Source of the DNA: an uncultured Bacteroidales bacterium
Lineage (GTDB): Bacteria > Bacteroidota > Bacteroidia > Bacteroidales > FEN-979
Direction of reading: 5' to 3'
Assembly (NCBI GenBank): GCA_903928285.1
Contig: CAIYQH010000184.1
Coordinates: 1-32,209, forward strand
DNA length: 32,209 nt
Shown here: in pieces, positions 16,008 through 23,219 of the stretch
Numbering within the stretch: the stretch's first letter is position 1
Layout: every line of letters starts with the position of its first letter
The notes under the pieces: generated by a model
The model's input: the letters and a program-made list of their open reading frames with translations, nothing else
What the model was told of the DNA's origin: nothing
Databases searched by the model: none
Position numbers and translations under genes: made by a program

Positions 16008-18967
16008 TGACCAACGACCATATAATCCTGCTGATCACCGATCACAGGCAATTCGGGCCGATGGTGGCTGTTTGGGAGGTTTCCCCGGAAGCGAAAGGGT
16101 GGTTTATCCTCCAAAACCGGCTTACCTGGCCGGCGCCGGCCGATTATGAGCCGATACGGTTAAAGGCGCTGGCCGAGATCATCGTGGTCGCGCAAACCAT
16201 GAATGATGCCGAGATTCACCGCCAGTTCGCACGGAGGGGAACTTCATTAAAGGATTTCCTCGGTGGTTTTTCCGATGAACTTCTCCACGATCATATCCGT
16301 CCCTTTATCGACCGGCAGACAGATAAGATATTACGGCTTGCTAATGAGCACGATCTCCCGCTGTACCTGCACGACGGCTCACAGCGGGTGTATTATGAAA
16401 ACCGGATGCTGATGAGCCGCGATCCTGTTGAGCCCTGGTTTTGCTTTACCAAGACAGCCGAAGGGTCGAACTATATGCTGGAACTATATCAGCATGACAG
16501 GCAAATCCCGCTGAAGACGCCCGGCAACAGGATCATCTGCCGGAAGCCTTGCTGGTTCAGGGCCGGGAACCGGCTGCTCCATTTCCCGGAAGGTTTCGAC
16601 GGTAAAAAAACGGAACCTTTTCTCAAAAAGGAGACGCTACTTATTCCCGCTTCTGCCGAGAAAAAATATTTTGAGACCTTTATCCTGAAGACTCTGAAGA
16701 CAGGGCAGGTGAGGGCTACTGGATTTAAGGTGCAAACACTGAACCCCGAACACAGGATGGAACTGTCGGCCGAGGCCGACTGGCAGGGAAGAGCCATCCT
16801 GGTTGTATATTTCAGGTACGGCGACAAGCGGATCATGGCAGGAAAAACCCAGAAGCTCTTTATCGACCTGCAGATGGATGACCGGGAGGTGGTGTTCTAC
16901 AAGACAGAGCGGGATCCCGCCTGGGAGGCTTCGGTGATTTCGCGGTGCCTTAAGGCCGGACTTGTCCGGCTTAATGAAAACACCCTGGGTTTGCCTGGTT
17001 ACGCTGGCACCGGCAACAGGGAGATGTACCGGTTGGTTGAATGGCTAAATGCCCGGGCTGAATTCTTCAGGGCAGAGGGGATAAAGATCACTACCGGGCA
17101 GGCGCCGCAGAAATTTTTCATTGGCACCATCACCCCCGAGATCAGGGTCGTGCCCGGTGAAGACTGGTTTGACGTGAAGGCATCGGTATTCTTCGGCGAA
17201 TTTGAAGTTTCGTTTATCCATCTCCGCAATTATATCCTGGAGGGGATCAGCGAATTTCCGCTTCCCTGGGGCGAAGTCGCCATTCTTCCGGAGGAGTGGT
17301 TCACCCGCTACGGCGATCTGCACTATTTTTCGGAGGTGACCGGCAACCACCTGCGGCTCCCCATGCACCACGCACAGATCATCAGGGACCTTGAAATTGC
17401 GGCAGATGAAGATCTGACCGACCGGTTAAAACAGCTGGATCCCTCGTGGATGACGCAGGTTGCCGTTCCAGCTACCCTGCAGGCTGTGTTAAGGCCCTAC
17501 CAGGCGGAAGGGCTGCAATGGCTGCGGTTTCTGCATCAAAACCGTTTCGGAGGCTGCCTTGCTGATGATATGGGGCTGGGAAAGACCATCCAGACCCTGG
17601 CCATGTTATTATCCTGCAACGAACCATCCAACCCTGCATCCCTGGTCATCATGCCGGCATCGCTTATCCACAACTGGCGCAATGAGATCAGGCGGTTCGC
17701 GCCGTCGCTGCGGGTGCTCGAACATATCGGCTTGATGAGGATGACCTCCCCGGCCTTTTTCGGATCGGCCGACGTAATCCTTACCACTTACGGGACCCTT
17801 CGGAATGATCTAAACCTTTTCTGCCAGTACAAATTTCATTACATCGTTCTCGACGAAAGCCAGGTGATAAAAAACCCTGCAGCCCAGATCAGCAGGGCTG
17901 TTTGCAGGCTTAACGCCGGTTACCGGCTGGTGCTGACCGGCACCCCGATTGAAAACTCGCTAACCGATCTCTGGTCGCAGTTTGAATTTTTAAATCCCGG
18001 GCTCCTCGGACCCCTGGATAAGTTTCAAAGACGCTATGCCCGGAAATTGCCGGGAGTGCAGCCCGATTCCGCCGACAGCGTCAAAGGGAGGCTGGAGGCA
18101 GAATCAGCCGTTGCTGTTGAATCCTTGCAGGATCAGGCACCGCAGAATTCAGGCCCCATTGAAGAAGCCGACCCCGTCGCCGACCGGTTAAAGCGGTTGG
18201 TCGCCCCCTTTATCCTTCGCCGCACGAAACGGGAGGCGGAGCCCGATCTCCCCTCGCTGACCATCGAGGAGTGGTATTGTGAGATGTCAGATGCCCAGCG
18301 TTTGCGGTATGAAAAGGAGAAGTCGGCCGTAAGAAACGAGGTATTGCAGCAGTTTGAAACAGGCCGGGCTTCCGAAACCTCGCTGATGGTGCTAAAGGCA
18401 CTGATTCGGTTGCGGCAGATGGCCAACCATCCGAAGCTGGCCGACCCGGAATATGAATTCAACAGCGGGAAATTTGAGGAGATCATGCGGGTGGCACATA
18501 CTCTGCGCGATGAGGGGCATAAAACGCTCATATTCTCTTCATTTGTCAAGCATCTGCAGCTGATTGCCAATCAGTTCGACCTGGAGGGAATTTCCTATTC
18601 CCTCCTTACAGGGGCTACCACCAGGCGCGAAAAAGTAGTAGGTAAATTCCGGGAGGATGCGGAACAGCAGTTTTTCCTGATCTCCCTGAAGGCAGGGGGC
18701 ACCGGTCTGAACCTTACCGAAGCAGGCTATGTCATGCTCCTCGATCCCTGGTGGAACCCGGCTGCCGAGTTGCAGGCTATCAACCGCGCCCATCGTATCG
18801 GGCAGGATAAAAAGGTGATCGCCTACAAGTTCATCACCACCGGCACCATCGAAGAAAAAATGCTGGTTCTGCAGGAAAAGAAGCAATCGCTCTCCGACAA
18901 TTTCCTCCCTTCCGGGAATCCGTTGAAGGATCTTTCACGGGAGCAAATTGCGGAGTTGTTTGCATAA
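16007..18967 (+). CDS. SNF2-family ATPase/helicase with long N-terminal bacterial SNF2-associated region
   Basis: Helicase motifs 'LADDMGLGKT' (I), 'VLDESQVIKN' (II), 'LTGTPIEN' (III), 'PFILRRTK' and 'QAINRAHRIGQ' (VI) are present. The ~480-aa N-terminal region has no catalytic motif. The track start at 15995 is GTG; the ATG at 16007 is preferred. Confidence 0.85.
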   Translation: MTNDHIILLITDHRQFGPMVAVWEVSPEAKGWFILQNRLTWPAPADYEPIRLKALAEIIVVAQTMNDAEIHRQFARRGTSLKDFLGGFSDELLHDHIRPFIDRQTDKILRLANEHDLPLYLHDGSQRVYYENRMLMSRDPVEPWFCFTKTAEGSNYMLELYQHDRQIPLKTPGNRIICRKPCWFRAGNRLLHFPEGFDGKKTEPFLKKETLLIPASAEKKYFETFILKTLKTGQVRATGFKVQTLNPEHRMELSAEADWQGRAILVVYFRYGDKRIMAGKTQKLFIDLQMDDREVVFYKTERDPAWEASVISRCLKAGLVRLNENTLGLPGYAGTGNREMYRLVEWLNARAEFFRAEGIKITTGQAPQKFFIGTITPEIRVVPGEDWFDVKASVFFGEFEVSFIHLRNYILEGISEFPLPWGEVAILPEEWFTRYGDLHYFSEVTGNHLRLPMHHAQIIRDLEIAADEDLTDRLKQLDPSWMTQVAVPATLQAVLRPYQAEGLQWLRFLHQNRFGGCLADDMGLGKTIQTLAMLLSCNEPSNPASLVIMPASLIHNWRNEIRRFAPSLRVLEHIGLMRMTSPAFFGSADVILTTYGTLRNDLNLFCQYKFHYIVLDESQVIKNPAAQISRAVCRLNAGYRLVLTGTPIENSLTDLWSQFEFLNPGLLGPLDKFQRRYARKLPGVQPDSADSVKGRLEAESAVAVESLQDQAPQNSGPIEEADPVADRLKRLVAPFILRRTKREAEPDLPSLTIEEWYCEMSDAQRLRYEKEKSAVRNEVLQQFETGRASETSLMVLKALIRLRQMANHPKLADPEYEFNSGKFEEIMRVAHTLRDEGHKTLIFSSFVKHLQLIANQFDLEGISYSLLTGATTRREKVVGKFREDAEQQFFLISLKAGGTGLNLTEAGYVMLLDPWWNPAAELQAINRAHRIGQDKKVIAYKFITTGTIEEKMLVLQEKKQSLSDNFLPSGNPLKDLSREQIAELFA

Positions 18968-18990
18968 TATTGGGAAAAACCCTATTTTTG
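18959..18990 (+). promoter_or_regulatory. Bacteroidota-type promoter for the cupin/methyltransferase pair, overlapping the 3' end of the SNF2 gene
   Basis: TTTG at 18959-18962, a 20-nt spacer, then TATTTTTG (TAnnTTTG) at 18983-18990. It lies 40 nt upstream of the ATG at 19031. Confidence 0.45.
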
Positions 18991-19030
18991 ATTGAAAGAA
19001 GAACACGAACCTGAACTACACTGTTTCATT

Positions 19031-19357
19031 ATGTCAACGTATACCCTTTTTCCTTTCGACATCGCCCCGCGCGTGCCCTTCAGGTTCGACGGCCGGATCC
19101 TGTTTAAAAACGACTGTTTTGAACTGGTTCACCTGACCCTGCAGCAGGGCGAGGGAATGGAACCGCATATCCAGCCGATGGATATCGTCTTTTTCGTGGC
19201 AGAAGGAGCCGGCACCCTCGTCGTTGGCGAGGAGGTGGTCGAAGTGATTGCAAACACAACAATCCATGTACATGCAGGAATATCCAGGAGCTGGACCAAT
19301 ACCGGCAGTGGGCCGCTGAAAATCCTGGTAAGTAAACTCCTCTCATCAACAAAATGA
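19031..19357 (+). CDS. Small cupin-domain protein
   Basis: 108 aa from the ATG at 19031 (the track start at 18992 is TTG). Cupin pattern 'LQQGEGMEPHIQPMDIVFFVAEGAGTLVVGEE...IHVHAGISRSWTN'. Confidence 0.7.
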   Translation: MSTYTLFPFDIAPRVPFRFDGRILFKNDCFELVHLTLQQGEGMEPHIQPMDIVFFVAEGAGTLVVGEEVVEVIANTTIHVHAGISRSWTNTGSGPLKILVSKLLSSTK

Positions 19358-19366
19358 TCATCTGAA

Positions 19367-20284
19367 ATGGAAATCCTCACCACTACCGACTGGACCGAAT
19401 ATGAACTGATTGATACGGGAAACCGTGAAAAGCTGGAACGCTTCGGGAAATATATCCTGATCAGGCCCGAGCCGCAGGCTGTCTGGCAAAAATCGATGCC
19501 CGAAAGCGAATGGGAAAGGCTGTCGCATGCACGTTATGTGCGGGTAAAGGGGAAAAAGACTGCCGGCGATGAATATGAGCGCGGTTCCTGGGTAAGAAAG
19601 CCAAAGATGCCCGAACAGTGGAATATCGGTTATCACTACCAGCAGATGAACCTGACCTTCAGGCTGGGATTGACCGCCTTCGGCCATATCGGCGTATTTC
19701 CCGAGCAGTCCATCAACTGGAATTACATCTACGATTGGGTGACGAAAAATGCAAAAGGCAAAACCAGGGCGGCAGAGGTCCCCCCGAAGGTGCTCAACCT
19801 CTTTGCCTATACCGGTGGCGCCTCACTGGCGGCAAAGGCTGCAGGGGCCGATGTGGTGCATGTCGACTCGGTAAAACCCGTGATTACCTGGGCCAAAGAG
19901 ATGATGGATGCCAGCGGTCTGGACAACATCCGCTGGGTGGTGGAGGATGCCATGAATTTTGTGCGGAGGGAGGTGAAGCGGGGCAACATCTACGACGGGA
20001 TCATTCTCGATCCGCCCGCTTACGGTCGTGGGCCCGACGGAGAAAAGTGGATCCTGGAGGATTCGATCGACGAGATCATCGCCATCAGCAAACAGTTGCT
20101 GAATCCCGCACACGGGTTTTTAGTGCTGAGCCTCTATTCGATGGGTTTTTCGGCGCTTATCCCCGAGAATCTTGTTAAAACCCGTTTCGGAGATATCCCG
20201 GGAATGCAGTCGGGAGAGTTCTTTTTCCAGGACAAGGGAAACCGGAGGCTGCCGCTGGGCACCTTTTTAAGATTTATAAAGTAA
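19367..20284 (+). CDS. Class I SAM-dependent methyltransferase (RlmI/YwbD-like catalytic domain without PUA)
   Basis: SAM-binding motif 'VLNLFAYTGGASLAAKAAGA', then 'VHVDS' and 'ILDPPAYGRG' (DPP motif IV). 305 aa. Confidence 0.8.
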   Translation: MEILTTTDWTEYELIDTGNREKLERFGKYILIRPEPQAVWQKSMPESEWERLSHARYVRVKGKKTAGDEYERGSWVRKPKMPEQWNIGYHYQQMNLTFRLGLTAFGHIGVFPEQSINWNYIYDWVTKNAKGKTRAAEVPPKVLNLFAYTGGASLAAKAAGADVVHVDSVKPVITWAKEMMDASGLDNIRWVVEDAMNFVRREVKRGNIYDGIILDPPAYGRGPDGEKWILEDSIDEIIAISKQLLNPAHGFLVLSLYSMGFSALIPENLVKTRFGDIPGMQSGEFFFQDKGNRRLPLGTFLRFIK

Positions 20285-20330
20285 CATTGAACGCTGTTAT
20301 CAGCTCTTTTTGAAGGCTGAATTGTAGCCC

Positions 20331-21476
20331 TTACCCGGTAATAAAAAGTTCCGACGCGACCCGGTCGGCGAAGAGTTTTCCCTCGTCGGTCAGAAAGAAT
20401 ACTCCCGACGACTCAAAAAGCCAACCCTGCCTGATCAGCGGAGGAATCCCGCTGCTGAAGGTTTCGTAAACGGCAGGACCAAAATCGTGAAGAATCCTTG
20501 CGCCATCGCAGCCCCACATCGTCCGCAGGGAGGTCATGACATATTCGTTATATCGTTGTTCAGGGGTGAGGATCTCCTCTTCAAACACAGCTTCACCATT
20601 TGCCATTCCGGCTAAGTATTTCGTGAGGTTGGGGATGTTCCACCGCCGGGACGACCCGTTGTAGCTGTGAGCCGACGGGCCCAACCCGAGGTATGGCACA
20701 CCTTTCCAGTAATTGGTATTGTGAAGCGCATGATGACCGGGTTTACAGAAGTTAGAGATCTCGTATTGCTGGTAACCGCTTGTGCGCATAAGGACAACGA
20801 GGGAGCGGAATTGCTCCTCCTGCAATTCATCGCTGACCGGCGCCGATTTTTTCCTGTCGATCATCCAGGCCAGCGGGGTCCGTGCCTCAACGGTCAGCGC
20901 GTAGGCTGAAATATGAGGAATGCCGAGGGAAAGCGCGATTTCAAGGTTTTCCTGCCACCGCGGCGGGGTGGAGTCGGGGATGCCGTAGATCAGGTCGATG
21001 CTGATGTTGTGGTACCCGGCATCATGGAGCAGGCTGACGGCCCGGATCGCCTGTGCGGCCGAGTGGGTGCGGTTCAGCCAGGCAAGGTCGCTGTCGGAAA
21101 AGGACTGGATCCCGATGCTGAAGCGGTTAAACCAGGTTTCCCGGAGCTGGCTGACAAAATCCTCTGTGACATCATCCGGGTTCAGCTCCAGGGTAAATTC
21201 GCGTGTGACGATGAGAGGAGCGCTGTTTCCGGGGTTTATTTTGAGGGCCATCTCCATCACCTCCTGCAGTGCTGCGGGAGGGCAGAGCGACGGGGTTCCC
21301 CCGCCGAAATAAAGCGTATTCACTGTTTCATTGCCAAGGTAGTCGCGGGTCAGGCCGATTTCCCGTTTCAGTGCGGTTAAAAAGGGTGCTTTAAGCTTTT
21401 GCGAAGCCAGGGAGAAAAAATTGCAGTAATGGCATTTTTGCCTGCAGAAGGGGATATGGATATAGATACCGGCCAA
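20331..21476 (-). CDS. hemW: Radical SAM heme chaperone HemW (HemN-like, coproporphyrinogen-III-oxidase family)
   Basis: Radical-SAM motif 'YIHIPFCRQKCHYCNF' and the 'TLYFGGGTPS' motif are present. The start must be TTG at 21476, since there is no ATG upstream of the CxxxCxxC motif. Confidence 0.9.
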   Translation of the reverse strand: MAGIYIHIPFCRQKCHYCNFFSLASQKLKAPFLTALKREIGLTRDYLGNETVNTLYFGGGTPSLCPPAALQEVMEMALKINPGNSAPLIVTREFTLELNPDDVTEDFVSQLRETWFNRFSIGIQSFSDSDLAWLNRTHSAAQAIRAVSLLHDAGYHNISIDLIYGIPDSTPPRWQENLEIALSLGIPHISAYALTVEARTPLAWMIDRKKSAPVSDELQEEQFRSLVVLMRTSGYQQYEISNFCKPGHHALHNTNYWKGVPYLGLGPSAHSYNGSSRRWNIPNLTKYLAGMANGEAVFEEEILTPEQRYNEYVMTSLRTMWGCDGARILHDFGPAVYETFSSGIPPLIRQGWLFESSGVFFLTDEGKLFADRVASELFITG

Positions 21477-21480
21477 GGGG

Positions 21481-22977
21481 CTATTTTTTCAGGATGATGC
21501 GGAAAGTCGTACCCTTGTTCAGCGTGGAGGATTTGACATAAATCTTGCCGGAGTGATAATTTTCAACGATCCGCTTGGAGAGGGTCAGTCCCAGGCCCCA
21601 CCCGCGGGCCTTGCTGGTGTAGCCGGGGCGGAAGATCGTTTTAAAGCGCGATTTTGGTATTCCCTTCCCGGTGTCGCCGATGTCGATATGGATATGGTCC
21701 ACATCTTCTGTTATGTCAATATTAACCTGGCCATTTCCCTCCATGGCATCCACGGCATTTTTGCAAAGGTTTTCAATCACCCACTCAAAGAGGTGGAGGT
21801 TAAGCGGGACGTTGATTTCCCTGGTGATGTCGGGATGAATTTCAAAAGTAACCTTTGCCGAGATCCGGGAACGGATATAATTGACCGTATCATAAACCAT
21901 TGCCACAACATTGGTTTTATCAAGCCGGGCGGCCGAGCCGATTTTGGAAAAGCGGTCGGTAATGGTCTCGAGCCGCTGGACATCCTTTTCAATTTCACTG
22001 ATGGTCTCCTCATCGAGTCCCTTGAGTTTGAGCAGTTCCATCCATGCCACCATGGAGGAAAGCGGCGTTCCGAGTTGGTGGGCCGTCTCCTTGGCCATGC
22101 CTACCCAAACCTGGTTTTGTTCCGATTTACGTGCATAGCTGAACAGCAGGTAGGCGATGAGCAGGAAAACTGCTATCACGGCAAATTGCGCGACAGGGTA
22201 AAATTTCAGCTGGGTGAGCAGGTAGGAATCCTGGTAGAAGATATAATGAACCCCGGTATCGGCCAGGTCAACCCTGATCGGTTTATTCTGGGATGCCATT
22301 GAATTCAGGGTTTGTTCGACCCAGGCCTTGTCCTGGAGCTTGTTTGCCGGGATATTCCCGCTCTGGTACACGTTTTTCCCGGTACTGTCGGTGATGATGA
22401 CCGGTACCGACGCAGAATTCAACACCACCTCGGAAAAGAAGGAGCGGATCAGGTCGTCGAGAACCTTCTTGAGCTGCGAGAAGATGTTGGAATCGCTGTA
22501 ATAGACATAAATCTGTGTGTCAAGATATTTGACGACAATGGGTGGGTAGATGGAAAACTCCTTTTTCAGTTTTCCTTCAAGGTAAGTAACCGAATCAATG
22601 CGGATATTCCTGGCATTCATGATCTTTCCCGATTCGTCGGTAATGATGACGGGAATCGTATTGTTTTCGCCGATGATGCTCAGGAAAAAGTTCAGGTCTT
22701 CGTTTGAAGTGGCTTTGATGATACGGCGCTGCGCTTCGGCTACGATGGAAACTCTTTTCCGTTCTTCATTTTTAATCTGCTCGAAGAGGTTGTTGGTAAA
22801 GTTCACCAGGTCGGCTTTCTGATGGATCGCCTCGGCACATACCTCCATGTTTTTCCGCTCATCTTTCCGGATCTCGGCAACCAGGATGCTGGTGTACCAG
22901 AGCGATGCCGCCACGATGAGCACGGCGAAGGCAAATAAAAAGAGTTTCCAGCGTTTTTTCCGAAGGTATATATCCAC
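21481..22977 (-). CDS. Orphan membrane sensor histidine kinase with duplicated extracytoplasmic sensor module
   Basis: TM1 'LFLFAFAVLIVAASLWY', a ~230-aa external region, then TM2 'PVAQFAVIAVFLLIAYLLF'. H-box 'ETAHQLGTPLSSM', N-box 'VIENLCKNAVDA' and G-boxes 'DTGKGI' and 'GWGLGL' are present. GTG start at 22977. Confidence 0.85.
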   Translation of the reverse strand: MDIYLRKKRWKLFLFAFAVLIVAASLWYTSILVAEIRKDERKNMEVCAEAIHQKADLVNFTNNLFEQIKNEERKRVSIVAEAQRRIIKATSNEDLNFFLSIIGENNTIPVIITDESGKIMNARNIRIDSVTYLEGKLKKEFSIYPPIVVKYLDTQIYVYYSDSNIFSQLKKVLDDLIRSFFSEVVLNSASVPVIITDSTGKNVYQSGNIPANKLQDKAWVEQTLNSMASQNKPIRVDLADTGVHYIFYQDSYLLTQLKFYPVAQFAVIAVFLLIAYLLFSYARKSEQNQVWVGMAKETAHQLGTPLSSMVAWMELLKLKGLDEETISEIEKDVQRLETITDRFSKIGSAARLDKTNVVAMVYDTVNYIRSRISAKVTFEIHPDITREINVPLNLHLFEWVIENLCKNAVDAMEGNGQVNIDITEDVDHIHIDIGDTGKGIPKSRFKTIFRPGYTSKARGWGLGLTLSKRIVENYHSGKIYVKSSTLNKGTTFRIILKK

Positions 22978-23071
22978 AGTTGATTAATTCATGTTAGTCA
23001 GATGGTTACCGGTATCGTGTAACCTCTTGTCCAATAACGGCGAACCCTTGATTATATTTTCATCAGGCAGT

Positions 23072-23079
23072 CAAACTTA
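23072..23079 (-). promoter_or_regulatory. Candidate -7 box (TAAGTTTG) for the histidine-kinase/hemW transcript
   Basis: The plus-strand CAAACTTA equals TAAGTTTG on the minus strand, matching TAnnTTTG. No -33 TTTG lies at the correct spacing. The leader would be ~95 nt. Confidence 0.25.
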
Positions 23080-23133
23080 CATAATAATCAGCTTCCTGCA
23101 CCACCCGTGGCCATCTTTTATCCTGTTTCCCGG

Positions 23134-23188
23134 CGGATTTACAGAAAAACAAGAAGGTCTCATCGAATTTTCAACCGGATTTACAGAA
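23134..23188 (+). repeat. Two exact copies of the 13-mer CGGATTTACAGAA, spaced 42 bp start-to-start, in the peptidase/kinase intergenic region
   Basis: The copies are at 23134-23146 and 23176-23188. The flanking bases differ, so the match is exactly 13 nt. Confidence 0.9.
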
Positions 23189-23219
23189 TTATAGCTAATA
23201 TTGGAACAAAAATAACCCT

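Noticed and set aside
12012-19357. The two small cupin genes (12012-12341 and 19031-19357) as recent paralogues or a repeated module
   Set aside because: Their sequences share only the generic cupin_2 pattern, with no extended identity visible by eye. There is no evidence of duplication.
19618-20178. 186-aa + strand ORF in an alternative frame of the methyltransferase gene
   Set aside because: The translation is Arg/Gly-rich, typical of an out-of-frame reading of a coding region. The annotated frame has the SAM-binding and DPP motifs.
16007-20284. SNF2 helicase plus nearby SAM-dependent methyltransferase as a DISARM/BREX-like restriction-type defence module
   Set aside because: The methyltransferase has the RlmI-type RNA-methyltransferase layout and its own promoter. 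A cupin separates the two genes. The obligatory partners (DUF1998 helicase, PLD nuclease, PglZ, BrxC and so on) are absent.
21553-22302. 249-aa + strand ORF antisense to the histidine kinase
   Set aside because: It has no motifs. The opposite frame has complete H, N and G boxes and TM helices.
22991-23194. 67-aa + strand ORF in the kinase/peptidase intergenic region
   Set aside because: It has no signal, domain or charge pattern suggestive of a real protein. It overlaps the putative promoter elements and the 13-bp repeats, so it is more likely non-coding regulatory DNA.
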